Positions 9,935 to 19,843 are shown, counted from the first letter of the stretch. The stretch is DNA of 64,000 nt from Candidatus Krumholzibacteriia bacterium (GCA_041484665.1 JBGPIA010000003.1:32001-96000), one strand, 5' to 3'. The notes: a model not told the origin generated them from the sequence alone. A program made the numbers and translations.

Positions 9935-10453
9935 TCAGGCCGGCTGGGCGCGGCGCGCCAGCTCCCGCAGCTTCTTGGCCAGGAGCTTGCGGCGGACCAG
10001 ACCCAGGTGATCGACGAACAACACGCCGTCGAGATGGTCGGCCTCGTGCTGGACAATGCGGGCCAGCAGCCCGTCGTCGGCGAGCAGCTGCTCGCGCCCC
10101 TGCAGATCCTGGTAGCAGACGCGGACGCGCGCCGGCCTGTCGACGTCGGCCGTGATACCCGGCAAGCTCAGGCAGCCCTCGTTGAAGGTGGCGCGCTCGA
10201 GGCTGCGGAACACGATCTCGGGGTTCACCAGCGGCAGCACCGTGGCCAACGGGCCGCGCCGGTCGCGCGCCACGATCAGGCGCAGGTCGTGCCCCACCTG
10301 GGGCGCCGCGAGGCCGATGCCGTTCTGGTGGGTCATGGCGGCGATCATGCCGTCGACCAGCTGCGACAGGACGCCGTCGAACTGCTCCACCGGCCGGCAG
10401 CGCACGCGCAGGCGCGGATCGCCGTAGAGGAGGATCTCGGGGTCGTCCGCCAT
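9935..10453 (-). CDS. def: peptide deformylase
   Basis: GIGLAAPQVG, EGCLS, QHEADHLDG motifs. Confidence 0.98.
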   Translation of the reverse strand: MADDPEILLYGDPRLRVRCRPVEQFDGVLSQLVDGMIAAMTHQNGIGLAAPQVGHDLRLIVARDRRGPLATVLPLVNPEIVFRSLERATFNEGCLSLPGITADVDRPARVRVCYQDLQGREQLLADDGLLARIVQHEADHLDGVLFVDHLGLVRRKLLAKKLRELARRAQPA

Positions 10454-10469
10454 GGGCCCTTGCCGCGGG

Positions 10470-10889
10470 CTACTCTTCCGCCGCCCGCACCTGCTCGGCG
10501 GCCGTGGCGCCGTTGCCCTTTCCCTGGCGCCTGGGCGCCTCGCCGCGCTTCTCGGGGGCGCCCGGCTTGCTGGTGTCCACGCGCGTCGCGACCGCCGACT
10601 TGGCCAGTTCGACCTTCACGCCGTCGGCGATGGTCGCCACGATCAGGTTGTCCTTCACGTTGAGGACGTTCGCGTACAGTCCGCCGCTGGTCAGGATGCG
10701 GTCCCCTTTCGTGAGGTTGTCGACCATCTTCTGGTGCTCGCGCTGCTTGCGGGCCTGAGGACGGATGAGCAGCAGGTAGAAGATCACCATGATCACGGCG
10801 ATCTGAACCAGCAGCGATACCCCCGGGCTGATCAGGGCGGCCGGGAGGGCGACGAGGGACAGCGAGAGAGGGGAAGCCGCAGGGTTCAC
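10470..10889 (-). CDS. yajC: preprotein translocase subunit YajC
   Basis: FYLLLIRPQ...L.KGDRILTSGGLY; follows tgt; start 10889 or 10916. Confidence 0.92.
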   Translation of the reverse strand: MNPAASPLSLSLVALPAALISPGVSLLVQIAVIMVIFYLLLIRPQARKQREHQKMVDNLTKGDRILTSGGLYANVLNVKDNLIVATIADGVKVELAKSAVATRVDTSKPGAPEKRGEAPRRQGKGNGATAAEQVRAAEE

Positions 10890-10927
10890 GGATCTCTCCA
10901 GAAGTCGAGGGGACACCGGGTGCAGCC

Positions 10928-10956
10928 AGTCTAAACGCGCCGGCGAGCCCCAGCAA
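10928..10956 (-). promoter_or_regulatory. sigma70-like promoter upstream of yajC
   Basis: TTGCTG-17 bp-TAGACT. Confidence 0.45.
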
Positions 10957-11036
10957 GGCCGGCCACAGCAACGCCGGCGCCGCGTGCAGGCCGCGCGCGG
11001 CTGGCGCCCGCGGCCAGACTCCAGGGTGGTTGCGGG

Positions 11037-12203
11037 CTATGCCCAAGGCGTGCTCCCGGCCGCCCACTTTGCGAGGAACTCCCGCGCGAACGCAGCCAGC
11101 TGCCGCTGCTCCACGGCCGCGCGGATCTCCGCCATCAGGTCCTGGTAGAACGTCACGTTGTGCACGGTGCACAGGACGCTGGCCAGGATCTCCCCCGCCA
11201 TGACGAGGTGGCGCAGATAGGCGCGGGAGAAGCGGGCGCAGGCCTCGCACCGGCAGCGCGCATCGAGTGGGCGGGGATCGTCAGCGAAACGGCGGTTGCG
11301 CAGCGGGAGGCGGCCCTCGCGCGTCAGCGCGGTGCCATTGCGCGCCATGCGCGTGGGCAGGACGCAGTCGAACAGGTCCACGCCCGCCGCCACGGCCGCC
11401 AGGATGTCCTCGGGGAATCCCACGCCCATCAGATAGCGGGGCTTGGCCTGCGGCAACAGTGGCGCCGTGATCGCCACGGCCCCCTGCATCTGCTCCTTCG
11501 TCTCGCCGACTGAGAGCCCGCCGATGGCGTAGCCGGGCAGATCCAGCTCGATCAGGGCCGCGGCGCTGCGGCTCCGCAGGGAGGCATCCAGGCCGCCCTG
11601 CACGATGCCGAACAGCACCTGCTCGTGGCCCGCGGGGTGGCGCCGGCGCGCGCCGAAGGCGTCGAGGCTGCGGCGTGCCCAGGCCGTGGTCCGCTCCACG
11701 GCGAGGGCGACCTCGCCCTGTGCGGCGGGCAGTGCCGGGCAGTGGTCGAACGCCATCACCACGTCGGCCCCCAGGGCGCGCTGCACCTCCATGGCCAGAT
11801 CGGCGGTGAAGCGGTGGGTGCTGCCGTCGAGATGGCTGCGAAAGGTCACCCCCTCCTGGTCCAGCGTGCGCAGGTCCGCCAGCGAGAACACCTGGTAGCC
11901 CCCGCTATCGGTCAGCATCGCCCCGTCCCAACCCATGAACCGGTGCAGGCCACCCAGGCGCGCGATGCGCTCGTGGCCCGGGCGCAGGTACAGGTGGTAG
12001 GTGTTCGCGAGCACCATGCGCGCGCCGGTGGCCGCAACCTGGGCGGGCGTGAGCGCCTTGACCGCCGCGGCGGTGCCCACGGGCATGAAGGCGGGCGTGT
12101 CGATCACGCCGTGTCCGGTGACCAGCCGGCCCCGGCGCGCCGCGCCGTCCTCGCTGCGCACCTGGAAGGAGATCGCCTCCGCCGCCGCGTCGGTCATGGT
12201 CAC
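11037..12203 (-). CDS. tgt: tRNA-guanine transglycosylase
   Basis: TPAFMPVGT, NTYHL, TDSGGYQV, GLSVGE, FDCVLPTR, CxCxxC...HN zinc site. Confidence 0.98.
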   Translation of the reverse strand: MTMTDAAAEAISFQVRSEDGAARRGRLVTGHGVIDTPAFMPVGTAAAVKALTPAQVAATGARMVLANTYHLYLRPGHERIARLGGLHRFMGWDGAMLTDSGGYQVFSLADLRTLDQEGVTFRSHLDGSTHRFTADLAMEVQRALGADVVMAFDHCPALPAAQGEVALAVERTTAWARRSLDAFGARRRHPAGHEQVLFGIVQGGLDASLRSRSAAALIELDLPGYAIGGLSVGETKEQMQGAVAITAPLLPQAKPRYLMGVGFPEDILAAVAAGVDLFDCVLPTRMARNGTALTREGRLPLRNRRFADDPRPLDARCRCEACARFSRAYLRHLVMAGEILASVLCTVHNVTFYQDLMAEIRAAVEQRQLAAFAREFLAKWAAGSTPWA

Positions 12204-13252
12204 GCCTCCACCGCGGGCTCGATCCAGCTGGCGTCGCCGTAGCTGTAGAAGCGGTACGCGCCGGCCACGGCGTGGGCGTAGGCCGCACGCCAGCGCTCCC
12301 CGGCGAATGCCGCCACCAGCATCAAGAGCGAGCTGCGCGGGAGGTGGAAGTTGCTCACCAGCACGTCCACCGCGCGGAAGCGGTATCCCGGCCGGATGAA
12401 CAGCGCCGTTTCGCCGCTCTGTTCGGAGTCGGCGTTCAGGTCCACCGATTCCAGCGCGCGACAGGTCGTCGTGCCGATCGCCACGACGCGCCCGCCGCGC
12501 GCCCGCCGCTCGCGGATCGCGCGCAGCACTAAGGCGGCGACGGCGTAGCGCTCGGGGTGCAGCACGCCCTTGGTGAGCTGCTCTTCCTCCACCGGGCGGA
12601 ACGTGCCGGGTCCCACGTGCAGGGTGACCTTGGCCACGGCCGCGCCCGTCGACTCGATGCGTTGGAGCAGCGCCCCGTCCAAGTGCAGGCCCGCGGTCGG
12701 CGCGGCGATCGAGCCATCCTCACGGGCGTACACCGTCTGGTAACGGCTGCGGTCCTGCGCGTCGTCCGCGCGGCAGATGTATGGTGGCAGCGGCACGTGC
12801 CCATGGCGCCGGGCGTGCTCCAGCGGATCCACGCCCGCAGGGAAACGCACCACGCGGTGGCCGTCGCGCAGCACCGCGGCGACCTCGATCTCCACGTCCC
12901 CTTCCAGCCGCGCGCGAGCCCCGGCACGCATCCGGCGGCCTGGGCGCACGAGCGCGCTCCAGGCGAGCGGGCCGGCGGCGTCGTGGGGCGCCACCAGCAG
13001 CACCTCCGCGCTAGCGCCCGAGGGCTGCGCGCGCCCGAGCAGCCGCGCCGGGAAAACACGCGTGTCGTTGACGACCAGCAGGTCGGCCGGCTGCAGCAGG
13101 CGCGGCAGATCGGCCACGGCGGCGTCGCGCAGGCCGCCGTTGGCGGCCCACACCAACAGCCGCGCGGCGCTGCGATCGGGGAGGGGGCGCTGCGCGATGA
13201 GCGCGGGCGGGAGTGCGTACTCGAAGGCGGATAGCGCGGCGGTGACGTCCAT
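12200..13252 (-). CDS. queA: S-adenosylmethionine:tRNA ribosyltransferase-isomerase
   Basis: FEYALP..LIAQ, VNDTRV, PLPPYI, YQTVYA...GSIAAPTAGLH, LHVGPGTF, NFHLPRS, YRFYSYGD. Confidence 0.97.
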   Translation of the reverse strand: MDVTAALSAFEYALPPALIAQRPLPDRSAARLLVWAANGGLRDAAVADLPRLLQPADLLVVNDTRVFPARLLGRAQPSGASAEVLLVAPHDAAGPLAWSALVRPGRRMRAGARARLEGDVEIEVAAVLRDGHRVVRFPAGVDPLEHARRHGHVPLPPYICRADDAQDRSRYQTVYAREDGSIAAPTAGLHLDGALLQRIESTGAAVAKVTLHVGPGTFRPVEEEQLTKGVLHPERYAVAALVLRAIRERRARGGRVVAIGTTTCRALESVDLNADSEQSGETALFIRPGYRFRAVDVLVSNFHLPRSSLLMLVAAFAGERWRAAYAHAVAGAYRFYSYGDASWIEPAVEA

Positions 13253-14283
13253 CAAAGCAGGGGCGCTTGCAGGCTCGCAGGCCGCGGCAGCTCCAGGTGC
13301 TCGAAGGCGCGGCGCGTAGCCATCCGCCCCCGCGGCGTGCGCTGCACGAACCCCTCTTGGATGAGGTAGGGCTCGACGACGTCCTGCAGCGTGTCGGTCT
13401 CCTCGCCCAGGCTGGTCGCCAGGTTGGAGAGCCCCACCGGACCGCCGTCGAACGTTGCGGCAAGGCAGCGCAGGTAGGAGCGGTCCAGCGGCTCCAGCCC
13501 CAGCTCGTCCACCTCCAGCAGTTGCAGGGCGCGCCGCGTCACCACCAGATCGACGGCGGGTTGCCCCTCGACCTGTGCGACGTCGCGCACCCGGCGAAGC
13601 AGCCGGTTGGCCACGCGCGGTGTCCCGCGGCTGCGCTCGGCGATCTCGGTCGCGGCCGCCGGCGCGAGGTCCATGTCCATCAGCTGCGCGCTGCGCTTGA
13701 CGATCATCGTCAGCTCGTCGGCCGGGTAGAAGTCCAGGTGGAGCACGATGCCGAAGCGACTGCGCAATGCCGGCGTCACCAGCCCCGCCCGCGTCGTCGC
13801 GCCGATGAGGGTGAACGGCTCGAGCTTGAGCTGGTAGTGGCGCGCGGCGGGTCCCTTGTCCACCACCAGCTCCACCCGCCAATCCTCCATCGCCGGATAG
13901 AGGTGCTCCTCCACCACGCGGCTGAGCCGGTGGATCTCGTCGATGAACAGGCACTGGTGCTGCTGGTCGCGCGCCAGGATCGATAGGAGCTGCGCGCCGT
14001 TCTGGAACGCCGGCCCGCTGGTCAGGCGCAGCTCCGCGTCCATCTCCCGCGCGACGATCGTCGCCAGCGTGGTCTTGCCCAGCCCCGGCGGGCCGTGGAG
14101 CAGCAGGTGGTCCAGCGGCTCGCCGCGCCCGCGCGCCGCCTGGATGAAGGTGGCCAACTGCCGCTTGATGCGGTTCTGTCCGATGAACTCCGCCAGCCGC
14201 CGCGGCCGCAGCGACCCTTCGTCGGCAGTCTCCACGGGGTCCGGGTCGGGCCGCGGGTCGGTGATGCGCTGGCGTGGATCCAT
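13252..14283 (-). CDS. ruvB: Holliday junction branch migration helicase
   Basis: LRP..L.EFIGQ, GPPGLGKTT, FIDEIHRL, GATTRAG, RGTPR, GGPVG, RTPRGR. Confidence 0.98.
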   Translation of the reverse strand: MDPRQRITDPRPDPDPVETADEGSLRPRRLAEFIGQNRIKRQLATFIQAARGRGEPLDHLLLHGPPGLGKTTLATIVAREMDAELRLTSGPAFQNGAQLLSILARDQQHQCLFIDEIHRLSRVVEEHLYPAMEDWRVELVVDKGPAARHYQLKLEPFTLIGATTRAGLVTPALRSRFGIVLHLDFYPADELTMIVKRSAQLMDMDLAPAAATEIAERSRGTPRVANRLLRRVRDVAQVEGQPAVDLVVTRRALQLLEVDELGLEPLDRSYLRCLAATFDGGPVGLSNLATSLGEETDTLQDVVEPYLIQEGFVQRTPRGRMATRRAFEHLELPRPASLQAPLL

Positions 14284-14347
14284 CAGCGGGCCCTTCCTGG
14301 CGATGGCGGCCGCGCGCGGCGCGCGCGGCCGTGGGAGATTGCGCGGT

Positions 14348-14938
14348 TCAGAATGGAATGCGCTGCAACGCCGCGCGCACGAGCTCCTCCACGCTGCCGT
14401 GCCGCTCTGCGCTTTCCAGTCCCGCGATCGTAACGCGCGCGCGCTCCGGATCCACGCCCATGGCCGCCAGCGCCAGCGCCGCCTCCTCCTCAGGGCCCGC
14501 GGCGGCTGCCGTCACCGCCGCCCGTGGCACCGGGAGCCAGGCGGAGGCTTTGTCGCGCAACTCGACGATCAGGCGCTCCGCGGTCTTGCGCCCGATACCC
14601 TTGATGCGGGTCAGCCGCGCCGGCTCGCCGGCGCGGATCGCCGCGAACGCGTCCTCGGCCTCCTCGTCCCCCAGGATCGACAGGGCGAGCTTGGGGCCGA
14701 TGCCGCTGACGCCGATCAGCAAGCGGAAGAGCTCGCGCTCCTGCGCAATCGGAAAGCCGTAGAGGGAGAGCCCGTCCTCGCGCGAGATCAGGTGGGTGTA
14801 CAGCCGCACCGGCGAGCCTATCGGCGGAAGGCGGCGGCGGGCGCGCTCGGGCACCCACAGCTCATAGCCCACCCCACCCGCCAGCACGATCGTGGGCGGT
14901 CCCGCATCCTCCAGCACGCCCTGGATCAGGGCGTACAC
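14348..14938 (-). CDS. ruvA: Holliday junction DNA-binding protein
   Basis: GGVGYEL, REDGLSLYGF, VSGIGPKLAL, GIGRKTAERLIVELRDK. Confidence 0.96.
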   Translation of the reverse strand: MYALIQGVLEDAGPPTIVLAGGVGYELWVPERARRRLPPIGSPVRLYTHLISREDGLSLYGFPIAQERELFRLLIGVSGIGPKLALSILGDEEAEDAFAAIRAGEPARLTRIKGIGRKTAERLIVELRDKASAWLPVPRAAVTAAAAGPEEEAALALAAMGVDPERARVTIAGLESAERHGSVEELVRAALQRIPF

Positions 14939-15495
14939 CGGCGCACCTCCCTGGGTTTGCGCGCCACGCGTGGCCGCCCGGCCGCCGGCAACTGTGGCGG
15001 TGGCTGCGCGAGCGCCAGCTGCCGGCGCCAGCCGCCGGCGTGGCAGATCGCTACCGCCAGCGCGTCGGTCGCATCCTGCGCCAGCCCCGCGACCGGCAGT
15101 CCCAGGATCCGGCCGACCATACCGGCCACCTGCTGCTTGTCGCGGCGTCCGTGTCCGGTCACCGACATCTTCACCTCGGCGGGCGCGTACTCGGCAATCG
15201 GCAGACCGCGCTGTGCGAGCGCAAGCAGGATCACCCCTCGCGCGTGCGCCAGCACCAGGGCGGACGCGGCGTTGCGCGCGGTGAAGATCCGCTCGATCGC
15301 CGCTTCGTCGCACGGGTAGCGGTCGAGGATCCCGCAAATCGCTCCGTAGAGGCGCTCCAGGCGCTGTGGCAGCGCCTCGCTACGCGGCAGGTCGCACGTC
15401 CCCTGCGCTATGGGACGCAGCACGCTCCCGCGCGCCTCGATCACTCCGAACCCAAGGTGGACGCTGCCCGGGTCGAGGCCGAGGACGATCGTCAT
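14926..15495 (-). CDS. ruvC: crossover junction endodeoxyribonuclease
   Basis: LGLDPGS..LGFG, AIE, LAHARGV, EY.P.EVK..VTG.G...K.QV, DATDALAVA. Confidence 0.96.
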   Translation of the reverse strand: MTIVLGLDPGSVHLGFGVIEARGSVLRPIAQGTCDLPRSEALPQRLERLYGAICGILDRYPCDEAAIERIFTARNAASALVLAHARGVILLALAQRGLPIAEYAPAEVKMSVTGHGRRDKQQVAGMVGRILGLPVAGLAQDATDALAVAICHAGGWRRQLALAQPPPQLPAAGRPRVARKPREVRRCTP

Positions 15496-16253
15496 CAGAG
15501 CTGGTCCTGCAACTGGGACAGCTCCTCCTCGGATATGTCGGGATTGGCACTCACCGAGGTGGCGTCGTCCATGTCGTCGAGGGCGTTGATCAGGCGCAGC
15601 ACAGCCTCGGCGTCCTTGCCGGCGACCGCGACGGTGGTGTTGGGCAGGGACGTGAGCTCGGCCGACAGCGTGGCGATGCCGGCCAGCTGGAGGCTCTCCG
15701 CCACGTCGTGGAACGCCTCGCGCGGGGTGGTCACCTGGATCTCGCCCTGCTGCGTCTGTACGTCCTCCGCCCCGGCGTCGATCACGACCTCCATCACCCG
15801 CTCCTCGTCGGCGACCTGGGGGTCGATGGTGATCACCCCCTTGCTCTCGAAGAAGCGCGCCGCGCTGCCCGGGCGATCCGCCAGCTTGCCCAGGTAGCGC
15901 GACAGCACGTGGCGCACTTCGGCGGCCGTGCGGTTGGTGTTGTCCGTGACGCAACGGATCAGGATGGCGACGCCCGCGGGGCCGAATGCCTCATAGGTGA
16001 CCTCGGCATAGGTGGCCCCCTCGATCTCGCCGGTGCCGCGCTTGATCGCCCGCTCGATGTTGTCCTTGGGCATGCTGCCGGCCTTGGCGTTCTCGATGGC
16101 CGTGCGCAGGCGGGGGTTGGCCCCCGGGTCGCCGCCGCCGTCGCGCGCCGCCAGCGAGATCTCCTTGCCTAGCCGCGTGAACAGCCGTCCGCGTTTGGCG
16201 TCCGCCGCGCCCTTCTTCCGCTTGATGGTCGCCCATTTCGAATGACCCGACAC
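15495..16253 (-). CDS. yebC: YebC/PmpR family protein
   Basis: SGHSKWATIKRKKG...NPRLR...MPKDNIERAI...YEAFGP...TDN.NRT. Confidence 0.97.
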   Translation of the reverse strand: MSGHSKWATIKRKKGAADAKRGRLFTRLGKEISLAARDGGGDPGANPRLRTAIENAKAGSMPKDNIERAIKRGTGEIEGATYAEVTYEAFGPAGVAILIRCVTDNTNRTAAEVRHVLSRYLGKLADRPGSAARFFESKGVITIDPQVADEERVMEVVIDAGAEDVQTQQGEIQVTTPREAFHDVAESLQLAGIATLSAELTSLPNTTVAVAGKDAEAVLRLINALDDMDDATSVSANPDISEEELSQLQDQL

Positions 16254-16286
16254 GACAGAACCTCCCCACCGCATGAGCCGGTGCTC

Positions 16287-18365
16287 TCAGCCCTCCGCCG
16301 TCTCTTTCTTGGCTTCCTCGATGATCTTGGTCGCGAGCTCCGCGGGGACCTCTTGGTAATGGTCGAAGGTGATCGTGTGCGTGGCCCGCCCCTGGGTCAT
16401 GGAGCGCAGCGTCGTGCTGTACTTCGAGAGCTCCGCGAGGGGCACCTGCGCCTTCACGATGGAGAACCGGCCGTCCGACTCGCTGCCCACGATGCGCCCC
16501 CGCCGTGACGAGAGGTCGCCCATGACGTCGCCCATCGCGGCCTCGGGGACCTTGACCTCGACCGTGTAGATTGGCTCCAGCAGGACGGCCTTGGCCTCCT
16601 CGAAGGCCGTCCGCAGCGCCAGCGCCGCGGCGGTCTTGAAGGCTGCCTCGCTGGAGTCGACGGCGTGGAACCCGCCGTCGTGGAGGGTCGCCCGGACGTC
16701 CACCACCTGGTTGCGGGCCAAGGGGCCCCGCTGCATCGACTCCCGCAGTCCCTTCTCGACCGCCGGGATGAACTTGTTGGGCACCACACCGCCCACGATT
16801 GCGTCGACGAACTCGAACCCTGCGCCGCGGGGCAGAGGCTCGAACTTGATGACGACATCGGCGAATTGTCCGCGCCCGCCGGTCTGTTTCTTGTGGCGCG
16901 CCGGCACGTCGACCACCGACTTGAGGGTCTCCAGATACGGGATGCGGGGATCGTGGCGGGTGACCTCGACGTGCGCCGTTTCCTTGAGCCGGTCCAGGAG
17001 CACGTCGAAATGCAACTCCCCCTGCCCCTCGAGCACCAGCTCGTGCGTCTGCGGGTCCAGCCTGGACTTGAAGGTGGGGTCCTCTTCGTGGATCTTGGTC
17101 AGCCCCTGGGCCACCTTGTCATCGTCCCCCTGGTGCACCGGACGGAGTGCCACGCGACTGTTGGGGCTGGGGTAGGGGATGGGCGGGAGCACGCCCGCTA
17201 CGCCCCTGTCGCCCAGCGTGTCGCCGGCGTGGGTGCCCTTGAGCTTGACCGCCGCGGCGAAGTCGCCGGCGCCGGCCCGCTCGATCCGCTCGCGGTTCTT
17301 GCCCTCGAGGCTGAAGAGCCCGGAGATGCGCTCGGTCGAGCCGCGCGACAGGTTGGTGAGCTCGGCTCCCGTGGCAATGCTGCCGGCGAAGACGCGCAGC
17401 AATGCCAGCTCCCCCGCGTCCTTCTCGCTGGCGATCTTGAACACCCGAGCCACCGTGGGCGCCGCGGCGCCCGCGGGGATGGCGACCGTGGCACCCTTGC
17501 TGTTCACGCCTTGCAGCGCGGTGCGCATTGCCGCCGCCGGCAGGTACTCCTTGACGCAGTGCAAGAGCGCCCCCATGCCGATGCCGCTCGCAGCGCTCAC
17601 GGCGCATACGGGGAAGAAGGTGCGGTCGCGAACACCGATGCCGATGCCGTGGATCAGCTCCTCGTAGGTGAGACTGCCTTCTTCCAGAAACTTCTCCACC
17701 AGCGCATCGTCGTGCTCGGCGGCGGCGTTGAAAAGCTCCTCGCGCGCCGCCTCGTAGGCCGAATTCATGTCGGCCGGAATCTCCGCCTGCACCGCGTGCC
17801 CGGGTTTGTCCAGGATCCAGGCGACCCCCTGCGCCACGTCGACGACACCGCGGAACCCCTCTCCGCGGCCGATGGGCAGCTGGACGGGGATGGCCTTGGG
17901 TGTGAGGCGCTCGCGCACCTGCGCCATCGCCGCGCCGAAGTCGGCGTGCTCCTTGTCCATCCGGGACACAACGATGAGGGCAGGCAGCTGCGCCTGGCCC
18001 AGCCGCTCCCACAGCGCCTCCGTTGCGACCTCAACGCCAGCGTCACCGCGCACGACGAGCAACCCACTCTCGACCACGCAGAGGGCGGCCGCGACCTCCC
18101 CCCTGAAGTCCTCGAACCCCGGGGTGTCGAGCAGGTTGAACTTGGTGCCCTCGTACTCGCAGGCGCCCAGCGCCAGGTAGATGCTGGTACGGCGATGGAT
18201 CTCGTTGGGATGAAAGGCGAGGTTGCTCGTGCCCTCGTCGACACTTCCCATGCGCTGGATCGCCCCGGTCTGGAAGAGCACCGCCTCCGCGAGCGTGGTC
18301 TTGCCGCAGGCCTGATGGCCCAGGATCGCGACGTTGCGGATACTCGCGGGGTCGTAGCTCTTCAC
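16287..18365 (-). CDS. fusA: elongation factor G paralogue (EF-G II-like)
   Basis: Full EF-G architecture: GHQACGKTT, DTPG, EEDPT, GELH, KKQTGGRGQF, DSSE, LRSMTQGR; not in an rpsL-rpsG operon; RBS AAGGAG. Confidence 0.9.
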   Translation of the reverse strand: MKSYDPASIRNVAILGHQACGKTTLAEAVLFQTGAIQRMGSVDEGTSNLAFHPNEIHRRTSIYLALGACEYEGTKFNLLDTPGFEDFRGEVAAALCVVESGLLVVRGDAGVEVATEALWERLGQAQLPALIVVSRMDKEHADFGAAMAQVRERLTPKAIPVQLPIGRGEGFRGVVDVAQGVAWILDKPGHAVQAEIPADMNSAYEAAREELFNAAAEHDDALVEKFLEEGSLTYEELIHGIGIGVRDRTFFPVCAVSAASGIGMGALLHCVKEYLPAAAMRTALQGVNSKGATVAIPAGAAAPTVARVFKIASEKDAGELALLRVFAGSIATGAELTNLSRGSTERISGLFSLEGKNRERIERAGAGDFAAAVKLKGTHAGDTLGDRGVAGVLPPIPYPSPNSRVALRPVHQGDDDKVAQGLTKIHEEDPTFKSRLDPQTHELVLEGQGELHFDVLLDRLKETAHVEVTRHDPRIPYLETLKSVVDVPARHKKQTGGRGQFADVVIKFEPLPRGAGFEFVDAIVGGVVPNKFIPAVEKGLRESMQRGPLARNQVVDVRATLHDGGFHAVDSSEAAFKTAAALALRTAFEEAKAVLLEPIYTVEVKVPEAAMGDVMGDLSSRRGRIVGSESDGRFSIVKAQVPLAELSKYSTTLRSMTQGRATHTITFDHYQEVPAELATKIIEEAKKETAEG

Positions 18366-18502
18366 GGACACGCTCCTTGCGGTTCGGCGGCTGCCGACGC
18401 GCCGCCCGGGTTGTCGAGGGCACCGGGAAAAATTGGCGGGCGGAGCCGCTGCGGGCGCCAACCCACCCGCGCGGGCGGGGGCGTACAGGCGCCAGACGGC
18501 CC

Positions 18503-18532
18503 AATCTATCACTGCGGCGAAAACAGTGTCAA
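18503..18532 (-). promoter_or_regulatory. promoter of the EF-G paralogue operon
   Basis: TTGACA-18 bp-TAGATT with TGn extension. Confidence 0.55.
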
Positions 18533-18696
18533 CGCAGCGCCCCGCACGCGGCCGGCCCCGAGCTCTGGCGGGGGGGCCGAGCTGCCGCAGGCACCCCCCA
18601 GGCTGCTCAGGCCGCCGCAGCCGGACCTACCGCCGGGCGCCCGGGCATCCTTATATTGTGCCGGCGGCGCGAGTCGGCAGCGCGCAGACTTTGGTT

Positions 18697-18726
18697 TTGA
18701 CAGCGCGGCGGGGGCCGGCCTAGAGT
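18697..18726 (+). promoter_or_regulatory. promoter of the outer-membrane barrel gene
   Basis: TTGACA-18 bp-TAGAGT. Confidence 0.5.
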
Positions 18727-18863
18727 TTTGCGTTCACCCCACCGGTGGGCCTCACCCACGGACTCGCCCCTGCGCCGGGATCGTTCCTGCGCGCGGGCCG
18801 CCAGCGATCACCATCTCCGGCACGGCCAGCGCCGCGCCGGCCAGCCGGCGAGAGGAAGACCCG

Positions 18864-19766
18864 ATGGTCTCGACCTTACGCTCGACCGTGCGAGCCGCCT
18901 GCGGGGCGACGCTCCCGCTCAGCCTGGCGCTCACCCTGGCGATCATCGGCTGCCTGCTGGGAGCCCCCCCGGCCCGGGCGCAGTACGCGCCGCCCGCGAA
19001 GGACGCTCCGGCGACGCCGCCGGCGAAGGACGCCGGGCCCTCGCCGGCGGCCAAATCTGCCGCTGCGGCCCCCCCGGCAGAGGGCAAGCCGATCTTCCAG
19101 GTGCAGCGCATCGAGCTCTCGCTCTTCGCAGGCCCATTCTTCGGGGCGACGTATCTGCAGCTCCCGGACATCTTCGATGTGCAGCGCACGCGCGACCTCG
19201 GAGCGAGCGACATCCTGGATTTCAGCGGTCGGCCGCTGCGCGCTGCCGACAGTTCGCCGATCCGGGCCCCGCACAAGAAACTGGAGAACGGCACGCTGTT
19301 CGGGGGCGCAGCCACGTTCTACTTGAGCGACCGCTTCGGGCTTGAACTGCGCGGCGTCTACGGAAAGACCCAGGCCACGGTCACCGGCCACACCGACCGC
19401 AATCCGACGGTCTACGAGTGGGACCGCAGCAACGTGTCGGTCTACCAGGGCGGGGCGAACATGGTCTACCAGGTGTCCCGCGGCAAACTCCGTCCCTACT
19501 TCAACCTGGGGTTTGGCGGCATCCTCAACAACTACCCCCGCACCCGGGACGTGGGGGCGCTCTACTTCCTGTGGGGCGGGGGGCTGCACTACCCGCTCTC
19601 GCCGCGGTTGTCCGCCCAGCTCTCGGTGGATGCCAGCCTGTACAGCTACAAGAACAATGAGATCATCTTCAACGAGACGATCACACTGCCCATGATCTCG
19701 GCGGGGCTGACCTGGCGCCACGACGTACCCCCGGCGCCTGCGGTCGTGGAACCCGGCAACCCCTGA
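18864..19766 (+). CDS. outer-membrane beta-barrel protein (OmpA-like/porin family)
   Basis: Signal peptide ending PARA|Q, Pro/Ala linker, amphipathic strands (FGLELRG, LRPYFNLGFG, WGGGLHY, ISAGLTW). Confidence 0.7.
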   Translation: MVSTLRSTVRAACGATLPLSLALTLAIIGCLLGAPPARAQYAPPAKDAPATPPAKDAGPSPAAKSAAAAPPAEGKPIFQVQRIELSLFAGPFFGATYLQLPDIFDVQRTRDLGASDILDFSGRPLRAADSSPIRAPHKKLENGTLFGGAATFYLSDRFGLELRGVYGKTQATVTGHTDRNPTVYEWDRSNVSVYQGGANMVYQVSRGKLRPYFNLGFGGILNNYPRTRDVGALYFLWGGGLHYPLSPRLSAQLSVDASLYSYKNNEIIFNETITLPMISAGLTWRHDVPPAPAVVEPGNP

Positions 19767-19814
19767 CCGATCGCGGCCGGTCCGCCGCGCTACCCCTTCT
19801 GGCCCATCAACGAC

Positions 19815-19843
19815 GAGGCGCCCTCCTTCTGGGAGGGCGCCTC
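19815..19843. terminator. hairpin between convergent genes
   Basis: Perfect 12-bp stem GAGGCGCCCTCC-ttctg-GGAGGGCGCCTC. Confidence 0.7.

Noticed and set aside
7576..10056. Apparent long N-terminal fusions on rsmB (also on queA, rnhB, ruvA, ruvC, rodA, rpe)
   Set aside because: The extensions overlap upstream genes in another frame and read as Arg/Ala/Pro noise; plausible internal starts with RBS or stop-start overlaps exist.
16665..18863. 1033-aa + strand ORF (16665..19766) and other long antisense ORFs (e.g. 23289..25058, 27037..28872, 47974..49623, 51144..52925)
   Set aside because: Antisense shadows of real minus-strand genes, expected at this GC content; only 18864-19766 of the 1033-aa ORF looks like a real gene.
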